From Gemmatimonadota bacterium (GTDB lineage Bacteria; Gemmatimonadota; Gemmatimonadetes; Gemmatimonadales; GWC2-71-9): 64,000 nt of DNA. A model generated the notes under the pieces. The model worked only from the letters and a program-made list of their open reading frames with translations, was not told where the DNA came from and did not search any database. The DNA lies in contig JAZDCZ010000102.1 in NCBI GenBank assembly GCA_036679605.1, positions 1-64,000 on the forward strand. The letters run 5' to 3'. The translations under genes were made by a program, and so were the position numbers. Shown piece by piece: positions 48,996-58,570 of this stretch. Numbering within the stretch: the first letter of the stretch is position 1; every line of letters begins with the position of its first letter.

Positions 48996-50444
48996 CTACC
49001 AGCGGGAGATTACGACTTTCTTGTCGGTATAAAATTCAATTGCGTCACTGCCGTTCGCTTTGAGATCTCCAAAGAAAGACCCTTTTGTGCCACCAAACGG
49101 AAAGAACGCCATTGGGGCTGCAACGCCAATGTTTACTCCGATCATGCTCACTCCCACCCGATAGCGAAATTCGCGTGCATTCTTGCCACTAGTGGTGAAA
49201 ATCGACGTCGCGTTGGCGTAGCCGGAGCGCTGCACCGTTTCGATAGCTTCATCGAGGTCCCCGACCCGCGTAATCGATGCGACGGGCCCGAAGATCTCCT
49301 CTTTACCTACGGTCATGCTAGGATCGACATTATCGAACACCGTGGGGCCAACAAATTGACCTTGGGGATATTCCTTTACCGTGGCATCGCGTCCGTCGAG
49401 AAGTAACTTCGCACCATCTTTCTCTCCAGAGTCTACAAATGAAATTACGCGCTCCTTGTGGCGTTGCGATACGACCGGGCCCATAGTAGCGCTCGAATCG
49501 AGTCCATACCCTAGGGTGTTGCTCCTCGCTGCCTGAAGTAACAAGTCGCGGACGGGCTCATACGCCTTCCCCGGCACGACCACAACGCTGCCGGCGAGAC
49601 AACGCTGCCCTGCACAACCGAAGGCTGACTCGGCCACATTGGGAATGGCAAGATCCATGTCAGCGTCGGGCATGACAACGATGTGGTTCTTTGCACCGCC
49701 CAGTGCCTGGACCCTCTTACCGTGCCGAGCTGCCTCCTGGTAGATGTGCTTCGCGACTGGAGACGACCCTACAAATGAAATGCCGGCAATGTCAGGATGC
49801 TCCAGAAGTGCATTCACGACTACTCGGTCACCATGAACCATGTTCAACACACCCGGCGGGATCCCAGCTTCGTGAGCCAGCTCAAAGATGCGTGCCTGTG
49901 TTAAGGGTACTTGCTCACTTGCCTTGAGTATGAATGTGTTCCCGGTTGCGATTGCATACGGCCAAAACCAAAGCGGCACCATCGCCGGGAAGTTGAACGG
50001 AGTTACCGCCGCAAAAACGCCGAGTGGCTGACGCACGTATTCACAGTCGATTCCCGCCGCGATGTCCTCGAGCATCCGTCCCATCATGAGAGTCGGGATG
50101 CCACACGCGTGCTCAACGTTCTCTATGCCGCGACGAACCGACCCGCGTGATTCCGCCAAAATCTTGCCGTTTTCACGGGTCACGATTTCGGCGATTTCTT
50201 CAAAGTGTGTTTCGAGCAGATCTCTTAGTCGGAAGAGGTAGCGGACTCTGGCCACAGGTGGCACCTGACGCCATGTCTTGAAGGCATCCTTGGCGGCGCT
50301 CACGGCATGCTCGACGTCTTTCACGGTAGATAAGGGAACGTGGCCGAGCACTTCACCGGTGCCTGGATTCATGATTTCGAGGGAATCCGAACCGCTAGAT
50401 TGGATCCATTCCCCGCCGACATAATTGCGGAGCGCAGTTTCCAT
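48996..50444 (-). CDS. mmsA: CoA-acylating (methyl)malonate-semialdehyde dehydrogenase
   Basis: PFNFPAMVPLW, VQALGGAKNH, AFGCAGQRC, EEIFGP. Confidence 0.9.
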   Translation of the reverse strand: METALRNYVGGEWIQSSGSDSLEIMNPGTGEVLGHVPLSTVKDVEHAVSAAKDAFKTWRQVPPVARVRYLFRLRDLLETHFEEIAEIVTRENGKILAESRGSVRRGIENVEHACGIPTLMMGRMLEDIAAGIDCEYVRQPLGVFAAVTPFNFPAMVPLWFWPYAIATGNTFILKASEQVPLTQARIFELAHEAGIPPGVLNMVHGDRVVVNALLEHPDIAGISFVGSSPVAKHIYQEAARHGKRVQALGGAKNHIVVMPDADMDLAIPNVAESAFGCAGQRCLAGSVVVVPGKAYEPVRDLLLQAARSNTLGYGLDSSATMGPVVSQRHKERVISFVDSGEKDGAKLLLDGRDATVKEYPQGQFVGPTVFDNVDPSMTVGKEEIFGPVASITRVGDLDEAIETVQRSGYANATSIFTTSGKNAREFRYRVGVSMIGVNIGVAAPMAFFPFGGTKGSFFGDLKANGSDAIEFYTDKKVVISRW

Positions 50445-50463
50445 AAATGACCATCCTAAAGAG

Positions 50464-50532
50464 AGAAACCGGCCCCGAGCTGCAAGCCGGGCCGGTTTCT
50501 TAAAAAACTATTACCAGACAAGGGCTTGTCAA
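50464..50532. promoter_or_regulatory. divergent promoter region with leader hairpin and palindromic operator candidate
   Basis: Hairpin AGAAACCGGCCC...GGGCCGGTTTCT (50464-50500); palindrome GACAAG-GG-CTTGTC (50517-50530) overlapping a minus-strand TTGACA (50532-50527). Confidence 0.5.
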
Positions 50533-50560
50533 CCGCCCCCCTCATGTCTCAATTTGATCG

Positions 50561-52678
50561 ATGCCAAAGACCCCGAGCGCTGAAACGACGGTTGGGCGTT
50601 CAGTGCCCCGCCGTGACGGCGCAGACAAGGTGACTGGGCGCGCCCTCTACGTAGATGATCTGGTATTTGCCGATGCATGGTACGGCAAGACGATCAGGTC
50701 CTCTGTGGCACGCGGGAAGATCAAACTGATTCAACAAGACCCTGCCTTCGATTGGTCCGGCGTAGTGGTCGTAACCGCAGCCGATATCCCCGGCGACAAC
50801 GTCGTCCAACTCATCGAGGACGACCAGCCCGTTCTTGCGGAATCAGACGTTAATCACAGAGAGGAACCCATCATTCTCCTCGCCGCCTCGACGCGGGAAG
50901 GGGTGGACCGCGCTGCGTCACATCTGCACATCGAGTACGAACAATTGGATCCGGTGCTCGAACTCTCGGCATCCAACAAGATCTACAAGGAAATAAACAT
51001 CACCAAAGGCGATGTAGCAGCCGCGATCGACTCGGCCGACATAGTCGTCGAAAAGAGCTTCGCCGTAGGCCTTCAGGAACAGCTCTATATCGAGCCACAG
51101 GGCGCCATCGCGCTACCCAACGAGAATGGCGGCATCACGGTGTACGGGTCACTACAGTGCCCGTTCTATGTCCACCGGGCGCTGAAACGCGCTCTTGCCC
51201 TAGATGATCGCCAGACCGTGGTGATCCAGGCTGAGACAGGAGGAGGGTTTGGAGGCAAGGAGGAATATCCATCCCTAGTTGCAATTCACGCCGCCCTCCT
51301 GGCTCGCAAGGCCAATCGCCCCGTCCGGCTGATCTACGACCGCCATGAAGATCTGGCGGCTACCACCAAGCGACACCCCGGGACAATTCGACACCGTACC
51401 GGAGTAATGCACGATGGAACGCTGGTGGCACAGGATATTGATATTGTTCTGGACGGTGGGGCATACTGTACGCTCACTCCGGTAGTGCTTTCCCGTGCGG
51501 CAATTCATGCCGCGGGCCCCTACTCCTGTCCGAATGTCACGATTCGCGCAAAGGCGATCGCAACTAACACTCCTCCTAACGGCGCATTTCGAGGTTTCGG
51601 AGCGCCGCAGTCGCAATTCGGGTCGGAGCTGATGGTGGAGCATGTGGCCGAGCGTTTGGAAATGAGCAGCGTTGACCTGAGGCGCAAGTGGATGCTAAGG
51701 GTCGGCGACACTACAGCAACGAGCCAGCGTCTTACGGAGAGCGTCAGTAGCGAGCTAGTCCTCGATGCCGCCTTGAATGCCACTTCACAGCCCAAGAAGC
51801 AATCGGAATCATCGGTATTGCACGGGCGCGGACTGGCCCTCGTATTTCATGGTTCCGGCTTTACCGGGAGCGGCGAGAAACACTTGTCGGGAAAGGTCGC
51901 AATTGAGGCGACTGCCGACGGCAAGTACGAGATCCTCACTGCGTCTACCGAAATCGGCCAGGGTACACGCACCATTCTTTGCCAAATAGCTGCCGATGCA
52001 CTCTGCGCGCCTATTGACGACGTAACCGTTACCCAGCAGGACACGTCCCTCGTTCCCGATAGCGGACCAACGGTTGCGTCCAGAACTGCGATGATCGTTG
52101 GCGGAATCGTCAGAGAAGCGGCGGAGGAACTAAAATCCCGACTCAAGACCGAGGCTCGGCCGATACGCGTGTACAAGACCTACGTTCAACCGGAGTCGGT
52201 CCGTTGGGATGAGGATACGTATCGAGGCGACGCCTATACAGTTTATGGATGGGGGTGTGTGGTTATTGATGTCGACGTAGACATCGACACGGGTGAGGTC
52301 AGCGTTACAGACATGATTGCTGCTGTCGACGTAGGAAAGGCGATTCATCCGGTCATGGTAGAAGGACAGATAGAAGGAGGCGCGCTTCAGGCAACTGGGT
52401 ACGCGACGATCGAAGAGATCAAGACCCGCGACGGCGGCTATCTGAACGACCGACTGGCAACCTATATCATACCGACGTCGCTCGATGCACCGCGCACAAG
52501 AGTCGTGCTCATAGAAAACCCATATTCCAATGGGCCATTCGGAGCCAAAGGTATCGGCGAACTTCCCACCGACGCCCCTGCGCCCGCAATTATCTCCGCC
52601 ATCCATGACGCGACGGGTAGGTGGCTCGACGAAATCCCGGCTACACCAGAGAAGGTCCTCGAGGCACTGACAAGATGA
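50561..52678 (+). CDS. xanthine dehydrogenase-family molybdopterin-binding subunit
   Basis: GGGFGGKEE, AFRGFG, EIGQG, TVASR, GAKGIGE; purine catabolism context. Confidence 0.88.
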   Translation: MPKTPSAETTVGRSVPRRDGADKVTGRALYVDDLVFADAWYGKTIRSSVARGKIKLIQQDPAFDWSGVVVVTAADIPGDNVVQLIEDDQPVLAESDVNHREEPIILLAASTREGVDRAASHLHIEYEQLDPVLELSASNKIYKEINITKGDVAAAIDSADIVVEKSFAVGLQEQLYIEPQGAIALPNENGGITVYGSLQCPFYVHRALKRALALDDRQTVVIQAETGGGFGGKEEYPSLVAIHAALLARKANRPVRLIYDRHEDLAATTKRHPGTIRHRTGVMHDGTLVAQDIDIVLDGGAYCTLTPVVLSRAAIHAAGPYSCPNVTIRAKAIATNTPPNGAFRGFGAPQSQFGSELMVEHVAERLEMSSVDLRRKWMLRVGDTTATSQRLTESVSSELVLDAALNATSQPKKQSESSVLHGRGLALVFHGSGFTGSGEKHLSGKVAIEATADGKYEILTASTEIGQGTRTILCQIAADALCAPIDDVTVTQQDTSLVPDSGPTVASRTAMIVGGIVREAAEELKSRLKTEARPIRVYKTYVQPESVRWDEDTYRGDAYTVYGWGCVVIDVDVDIDTGEVSVTDMIAAVDVGKAIHPVMVEGQIEGGALQATGYATIEEIKTRDGGYLNDRLATYIIPTSLDAPRTRVVLIENPYSNGPFGAKGIGELPTDAPAPAIISAIHDATGRWLDEIPATPEKVLEALTR

Positions 52679-53133
52679 CCTCCTTTACTCTTAACGGGAC
52701 GGAGGTGTCACCAAACGTCTCTGGCTCTCTCCGGCTGCTAGACGTCTTACGTGAAGAACTCGGATTGACCGGCACCAAGGAAGGATGTGGGGAGGGAGAG
52801 TGTGGCGCCTGCTCGGTTCTCGTAGATGGAGAGGTGGTAGACAGTTGTCTGGTAGCCGTAGGCCAAGTTGACGGCTGCGAGGTTCTCACTGTTGAGGGAC
52901 TATCGTCGAACAACGAACTGTCCCACCTACAGCAGGCCTTCATCGAGCAAGGTGCGGCCCAGTGCGGCATCTGCACGCCTGGCATGCTCATGACGGCGCA
53001 CAGCCTGCTGCAGGCTAACCCTACATTGTCCTTTGAAGAGGTCCGCACCGCCATCGCCGGGAACCTCTGCAGATGCACTGGCTACACGAAGGTTATCGAG
53101 GCGATTCTGTCGTGCCAAACCCAACGTTCCTAA
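52675..53133 (+). CDS. xanthine dehydrogenase-family [2Fe-2S] subunit
   Basis: GTKEGCGEGECGAC, QCGICTPG, NLCRCTGY; ATGA overlap. Confidence 0.92.
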   Translation: MTSFTLNGTEVSPNVSGSLRLLDVLREELGLTGTKEGCGEGECGACSVLVDGEVVDSCLVAVGQVDGCEVLTVEGLSSNNELSHLQQAFIEQGAAQCGICTPGMLMTAHSLLQANPTLSFEEVRTAIAGNLCRCTGYTKVIEAILSCQTQRS

Positions 53134-53906
53134 GTCCTCGAAACCTCGCCGAGGCTGTGCAGCGGATGGAGGACACACCTGCTTGCCTACCCCTTGCCGG
53201 CGGCACAGATCTCATGGTGATGCTGCACGCACAAACGATTGCGCCAAAAGCCCTGCTCGATATCTGGTCCCTTCCTGAACTCAAAGGCATAAGAGAGTCG
53301 GACGGTGCACTCGAGATCGGAGCGGCAGAGAGCTATACGAGCATTATTCGGTCTAATCTGGTAAAGCAGCACCTACCCGCCCTTGTGGATGCTGCGAAGA
53401 CTATCGGCGCTGTGCAAATACAGAATCGCGGCACACTTGGCGGAAATCTCGCTAACGCCTCTCCGGCGGGTGATACTCTCCCTGTTCTGCTCGCTGCCGA
53501 CGCTGAGGTCATCACCAATCGCCGCGCCATCCCGATCGATGAGTTCTTTGTCGGATACCGCAAGACCGCGCTCCGCCCTGCGGAACTCATCACTGCGGTG
53601 CGATTTCCTCACAAGTGCCCGAACATGGTGTTCCGCAAGGTCGGCACACGTCAGGCGCAGGCGATCTCCAAGGTGGTCATGGCGGTGAATCTTGAGCCGT
53701 ACCGCATAGCGATCGGATCTGTTGCCGAGATTCCCATCCGAGCGCTCAGCGCAGAACCCGCGCTCGCACAGAGAGACGTGGACGCAGCTGTGGCGGCGTT
53801 GGAAAAGGACATCCGGCCAATAGACGATGTACGATCGACAGCAAAGTACCGCATGCAGGTGGCCAAGAATGTCTTGCGACGGCTGTTGGAATCAAGCGAT
53901 AGTTGA
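53112..53906 (+). CDS. xanthine dehydrogenase-family FAD-binding subunit
   Basis: AGGTDL, QIQNRGTLGGNLANASPAGD, PIDDVRSTAKYR. Confidence 0.9.
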   Translation: MPNPTFLSPRNLAEAVQRMEDTPACLPLAGGTDLMVMLHAQTIAPKALLDIWSLPELKGIRESDGALEIGAAESYTSIIRSNLVKQHLPALVDAAKTIGAVQIQNRGTLGGNLANASPAGDTLPVLLAADAEVITNRRAIPIDEFFVGYRKTALRPAELITAVRFPHKCPNMVFRKVGTRQAQAISKVVMAVNLEPYRIAIGSVAEIPIRALSAEPALAQRDVDAAVAALEKDIRPIDDVRSTAKYRMQVAKNVLRRLLESSDS

Positions 53907-53926
53907 CCTGGCCGCTGCGCTCAGCT

Positions 53927-54529
53927 TCAGCGCAATGCGTTGAACATCACTATCATCAACCCAGTAAGCGGGATGACGGTACCCGCCCATGCTGCCAACA
54001 CCGTTTTCGTCAAATCAGATTTGGTCTCTGCTATCTTAACCTCGAGTTGCGCAAGGCGGCGTTCCAGCGCATCGAACCGGCCATCGTGCTCTGCGAACCG
54101 ACCTTCCCACTTCGAGTCAAGTTTTCCGAATCGATCATCCCACTTCGAGTCGAGTTCTGCGAACCGAGCCTCCCACTTCGAGTCGAGCTCTGCAAACCGA
54201 CCTTCCCACTTTGAGTCGAATGCTGCGAACCGAGCCTCCACCTTCGACTCGAATGCTGCGAACCGAGTCTCCACCTTCGAATCGAGTTCGGCAAGCCTAA
54301 CTTCCCAATTCGTGTCCAATTGATTCAACCGCCGATCTAGCTTCGCTGCAAATTCGGCAAGCCGTTGTTCTAGCTTGGCGTCGAATCGCTCGAAGTTGAG
54401 TTCGTTGAACTGCTTTAGATCGGCGCGGTATGTAACATCCACCTGATTAAACCACTCCACTATTTCGTTAGCGACACCTTCGCCCAGGCGCTCGAAAAAC
54501 TCCCTGGAAAACTTGAATGCAACGGGCAT
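53927..54529 (-). CDS. coiled-coil protein with 11-aa repeats and C-terminal membrane anchor (DUF1640/CCDC90-like)
   Basis: N-terminal head, seven DSKWEGRFAEL-type repeats, hydrophobic C-terminus; GGAGG RBS. Confidence 0.7.
   Translation of the reverse strand: MPVAFKFSREFFERLGEGVANEIVEWFNQVDVTYRADLKQFNELNFERFDAKLEQRLAEFAAKLDRRLNQLDTNWEVRLAELDSKVETRFAAFESKVEARFAAFDSKWEGRFAELDSKWEARFAELDSKWDDRFGKLDSKWEGRFAEHDGRFDALERRLAQLEVKIAETKSDLTKTVLAAWAGTVIPLTGLMIVMFNALR
54091..54320. repeat. about 7 imperfect 33-bp tandem repeats
   Basis: Recurring tgcgaaccga(c/g)c(t/c)tcccacttcgagtcga-type unit. Confidence 0.85.
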
Positions 54530-54648
54530 TGACAGACCTCCCCTAGAATCTGCCAATACCATACAAGCTAGTGCCGAGCAGCCGAGTACCGCAACAGCGC
54601 AGGGCGGTACACGTTAATGCAGGACCCTCTTGTTCCGTTCCTCTTCTA

Positions 54649-55872
54649 TCAACCGTACGCCAGTCGCCACAGCGCGCTCGCCAACACATTAGCCCCCAAC
54701 GCCAGATCGTCCGTATCGGTGTTCTCTTCTGGGCAGTGTGACCTGCCCCCAATACTCGGAACGAACAACATTCCTGCCGAACATACCTTGGCAAGAATCT
54801 GTGCGTCGTGACCAGCTCCGCTCACCATTAGAGACGCCTCAGATCCTCTATCCTTCGCCGCATCGACGAGCGATGTAATAACATCACCGGCCATACCTAC
54901 GGGAGGCCGCGAGTGAGTTTCCTCCACCTGTACGCTGATGTTTCTTGTTCCACCAATACGATGTGCGGCTTTGGTGAGACGCTGAGCAAGTTGATCCAGA
55001 AGACCGGCGTCCGCATGCCGGAGATCTATCATGAACGATACCCTTCCAGGTACGACATTCGCCTGAAATGGCTCAATGGTTAGCTGACCCACCGTCGCCA
55101 CCGCCGGTGCGCCCATCTCCGACGCGATTGTCTCGACATCCTGTACCATCTGAGCGGCCACGACGAGAGCGTCCTCGCGCATCCCCATAGGTGTAGTACC
55201 CGCATGATCCGGCCGGCCCTTGACCGTCACCTTGAGATACTTGCCGCCCACAATAGTGGTAACAACACCAATATGCTTTCCCGATGACTCCAAAACTCTG
55301 CCCTGCTCGATATGTAACTCTATGAATGCAGCAAGATCGTCACGCTGCGCCGATGCGATGTTCGCCGGATTTAGACCATGTTCTGCCATCGCTTGGGCCA
55401 GCGTGACGCCTTCAGAATCAGTAACCGTCTGAGGTTCCGCTGGGTCTATCGTGCCCACAATGGCGCGCGCACCCCAAAAATTCGTTGCGAACCGCGATCC
55501 CTCTTCCTCACAAGTCATCAGAACTTCGAGCGGTCGCTGCGGTGTACCGTGAGCTTGAACTAGCGCGCGCACGGCCAACAGACCGGCCACCACACCAAGA
55601 GCACCATCCAGACGACCGCCGTTCCGCACCGTATCGATATGCGATCCGGTAACGACACACTTCCCTGTGCCACCCGATGTCCGGCCCCACAGATTGCCGA
55701 CCGCATCACTCCGCACTTCCAATCCTGCATCAGTCATCCAACCAGAAACTCTTTTGCGTGCTTCGGCCCACTCGACGCCGTACAGCGGACGCCAACACCC
55801 TCCTTCCCGCTGCGCTCCAATAGCAGCGAGATCATCCAGGTAACTCACGAGTAGATCTTCGTTGATTTCCAT
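54649..55872 (-). CDS. allC: allantoate amidohydrolase (M20 hydantoinase/carbamoylase family)
   Basis: GSHIDTV, DGALGV, EEEGSRF, ELHIEQG, DHAGTTPM, SGAGHDA; directly downstream of allB. Confidence 0.75.
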   Translation of the reverse strand: MEINEDLLVSYLDDLAAIGAQREGGCWRPLYGVEWAEARKRVSGWMTDAGLEVRSDAVGNLWGRTSGGTGKCVVTGSHIDTVRNGGRLDGALGVVAGLLAVRALVQAHGTPQRPLEVLMTCEEEGSRFATNFWGARAIVGTIDPAEPQTVTDSEGVTLAQAMAEHGLNPANIASAQRDDLAAFIELHIEQGRVLESSGKHIGVVTTIVGGKYLKVTVKGRPDHAGTTPMGMREDALVVAAQMVQDVETIASEMGAPAVATVGQLTIEPFQANVVPGRVSFMIDLRHADAGLLDQLAQRLTKAAHRIGGTRNISVQVEETHSRPPVGMAGDVITSLVDAAKDRGSEASLMVSGAGHDAQILAKVCSAGMLFVPSIGGRSHCPEENTDTDDLALGANVLASALWRLAYG

Positions 55873-55882
55873 TACGCGACCC

Positions 55883-57256
55883 CTACTGCTTCAATGCGGG
55901 ACGAACAAAACGACCGTAACCCACATCGCCCACGACCGACCCGTGGCGGAACACCGTACGACCCCGTACGATCGTACGCACTACGGCACCTCGGAAACGA
56001 GTGCCTATGTAAGGACTTATCCCGCTCCTTGTTTCCAACTGGCCCGACGAGAAGGTCCACTCCACTTCGGGATCGACCAGCGTGAAATCAGCATCGGCAC
56101 CCACGCGAATAGCTCCCTTGCTCGGATAAAGCCCAAATATCTTGGCCGGATTCGTACAGAGGAGATCCGCCAGCCGCTCCCAACCCAAGCCACGCTGGTG
56201 AATCCCTTCGGTAATCATTACAGGGAGTGTGGCCTGGATTCCGGAGACGCCGCCCCATGCCTGCCAAACGTCATCTTCCCCTCTGAGTTTTGCTTCTGCC
56301 GGACACGGTGAATGATCCGATCCGATTGAATCGATCGTGCCGGCCAAAACCGCACTCCACAGGCTTCGTCGGTTGGCCTCGTCCCGCAACGGAGGCGCGC
56401 ATTTTAGGGCGGGCCCGATACGATCGAAATCGTCCTCAGTGAACGCCAGATAATGCGGACAGGTCTCGGCGGTTACAGCTTGGTTGGCAGCCTTACCACC
56501 TTCGATTACAGCTAGTGCATCGCCGGAACTAACATGTACGACATGCAATCGTGCTCCGTTCCCCGCACGCCTTACATAATCTAGTGCCTCCGCGATTGCT
56601 TCCGCCTCTGCGCGACGCGGGCGTGACTCCCCCCATGCTCCCCTGTCCGTGCGGCCCCCAGCATGCATCTCTTTCGTAAGCGATGACGTGATATCGTTGT
56701 CCTCCGCGTGGACCCCGACCAACAGACCCAGTCGCGCTGCCTTGGCAATGCCGCTCGCCAGCAATTCACTTGGGACGTGCGCAAAGTCATCTATGCCGGA
56801 TTCGCACATGAATGCCTTGAGAGCCACTATTCCTTGTTCCTTGAGTGCATCGAAATGACTGCTGTTGTCGTCTACAAACCCTCCCCACAAACCGTAGTCC
56901 ACCAGCGCGCTCTTGCCAGCCGCATCGCGCTTCGCAGCAAAACTAGCCCGAGTAGTGGTCGGCGGTGAGGCATTCAGTGGCATCTCCAACACAGTCGTGA
57001 CACCTCCCGCTGCTGCCCCTCTGGTTCCAGTTTCCCAACCCTCCCAATGGGTTCTGCCGGGCTCATTGAAGTGAACGTGGGCGTCAACCAGGCCCGGCAA
57101 CACCACAAGGCCGGTCGCATCGAGTATCTCCGTGCCCGCGTCCGCCGTAAGGCTCTCCCCGATGGCCGAGATCATACCGTCCGTTACCGCCACGTCTTGC
57201 TTTAACGCTCCGGTTTCCAGCACCACATGGCCTCCCTGGAGCACCGTATCAAACAT
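55883..57256 (-). CDS. allB: allantoinase
   Basis: DAHVHFNEPGRTHWEG, EMPLNASPPT, KCAPPLR, SDHSPC, AWGGVSG. Confidence 0.92.
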   Translation of the reverse strand: MFDTVLQGGHVVLETGALKQDVAVTDGMISAIGESLTADAGTEILDATGLVVLPGLVDAHVHFNEPGRTHWEGWETGTRGAAAGGVTTVLEMPLNASPPTTTRASFAAKRDAAGKSALVDYGLWGGFVDDNSSHFDALKEQGIVALKAFMCESGIDDFAHVPSELLASGIAKAARLGLLVGVHAEDNDITSSLTKEMHAGGRTDRGAWGESRPRRAEAEAIAEALDYVRRAGNGARLHVVHVSSGDALAVIEGGKAANQAVTAETCPHYLAFTEDDFDRIGPALKCAPPLRDEANRRSLWSAVLAGTIDSIGSDHSPCPAEAKLRGEDDVWQAWGGVSGIQATLPVMITEGIHQRGLGWERLADLLCTNPAKIFGLYPSKGAIRVGADADFTLVDPEVEWTFSSGQLETRSGISPYIGTRFRGAVVRTIVRGRTVFRHGSVVGDVGYGRFVRPALKQ

Positions 57257-57283
57257 TGTTCCTCTATTCCACTATAGTGTTGG

Positions 57284-57703
57284 TCATTTTCCGCTCTCCA
57301 GGCGCTCGATTACGATGTCCTGGGCACCCTCCCACAGGACCATCCGGCCGAGTTCCGCAAGCTGCTTCCTGCCTTCTACAATCGTCGCGAAATGGTTGCC
57401 TGCCAGCTGCCCCATCTTGCTGGCGAAGAGAGTTCCACCATACGGAAAGAGGATCTCCGTCTCGCCATAGCCCCCTGGATACAGCAGAAGCTCGCCGGGC
57501 GCAGGATGGCTCGTATGATTCTCATGACCCACACCAACCTCTAGTTCGCCCAGGGGGATCCAGGCCGACTCGCCGCTCCACCGCGCCTGCACTATCTTAC
57601 TTGTGAATGGCAGCAGCTTATCAAACGCAGCACAGGTAGTCGGTGCCGCCTCCGATTCCAGCTGCGCGGTAAACATCAACGACCCGACACGAATTGTCAG
57701 CAT
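57284..57703 (-). CDS. DUF3830-family protein (cyclophilin-like fold)
   Basis: APTTCAAF, RWSGE, ENHTSHPAPGELLLYPGG, SKMGQLAGNHF. Confidence 0.75.
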   Translation of the reverse strand: MLTIRVGSLMFTAQLESEAAPTTCAAFDKLLPFTSKIVQARWSGESAWIPLGELEVGVGHENHTSHPAPGELLLYPGGYGETEILFPYGGTLFASKMGQLAGNHFATIVEGRKQLAELGRMVLWEGAQDIVIERLESGK

Positions 57704-58052
57704 GTCAAACGACCTTTCAGTTATATCGACTCATGTTCTCGACACCGCGCGGGGCAAGCCCGCAACCGGAGTTAACGTTACTCTCTGGAGGATGGATGGG
57801 AAGGACAAGACTCTGGAGTCGAGCAAGACAACCGACCACGACGGCCGGATCAACAATCTCCTGAAGGGTGACATTGCTCTGGGCTCCTATCGGATCGCCT
57901 TCGACGTACAACACTACCTTAGCCGCGATGATGGCCAAGCAAGTTTCATTACAAACGTGGTTTTGAACTTCGATATTTCCGACGTTACCCGAAGTTACCA
58001 TGTGCCACTCTTGATATCGCCATTCTCTTGCACCTCGTACAGAGGGAGCTGA
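57702..58052 (+). CDS. uraH: 5-hydroxyisourate hydrolase
   Basis: ISTHVLDTARGKPA, DGRI, YHVPLL, C-terminal YRGS signature. Confidence 0.93.
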   Translation: MSNDLSVISTHVLDTARGKPATGVNVTLWRMDGKDKTLESSKTTDHDGRINNLLKGDIALGSYRIAFDVQHYLSRDDGQASFITNVVLNFDISDVTRSYHVPLLISPFSCTSYRGS

Positions 58053-58056
58053 ACCA

Positions 58057-58548
58057 GTGACCGCTCATAGAGGACAACGATCGGCGATCGAGCAGCTCTT
58101 CGAGGGCGATAACCCGCTCCTCCTCAAGCTGATTGAGGGCATGCCATACGAGTCGGACGCGCAACTGCTGGCCCGTGCGCGAGAGGTCGTAGAAGCTCTC
58201 TCAGAAGAGCAACGCATCCAACTCATCAATTTGCACCCTCGAATAGGTGAGAACTCAAAGAGACTGAAGTCGGAATACCCGACCTCATTCGAGGAGCAGG
58301 GTGCGGATCGAAACACCGCTGGAGATGGCGCCTCAGAGCAACTCGCATCGCTCAACGAGCAATATGAGATACAGTTCGGTTTTCGCTTCGTGGTCTTTGT
58401 GAACGGCCGGCCCCAGGCAAACCTGATTCCAATTCTCCAACGTAGAATGCAGCACTCGCATGACGAAGAACTCGAGACGGCGTTAGGTGAGATACTCGCC
58501 ATTACCGCGGATAGACTTCGTAAACGCCCTCTGATCGGACAAACTTGA
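58057..58548 (+). CDS. uraD: OHCU decarboxylase
   Basis: HPRIG, SFEEQG, LNEQYEIQFGFRFVVFV, DRL. Confidence 0.88.
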   Translation: MTAHRGQRSAIEQLFEGDNPLLLKLIEGMPYESDAQLLARAREVVEALSEEQRIQLINLHPRIGENSKRLKSEYPTSFEEQGADRNTAGDGASEQLASLNEQYEIQFGFRFVVFVNGRPQANLIPILQRRMQHSHDEELETALGEILAITADRLRKRPLIGQT

Positions 58549-58570
58549 TGACTCAGACGAGGTATGAACG

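Noticed and set aside
50561..53906. Aerobic CO dehydrogenase coxLSM
   Set aside because: Has AFRGFG rather than the AYXCSFR CoxL motif; purine context
54091..54320. 33-bp repeats as CRISPR
   Set aside because: In-frame coding repeats without unique spacers
57603..57701. Upstream extension of uraH from the ORF track
   Set aside because: Antisense to DUF3830; HIU hydrolase homology starts near ATG 57702
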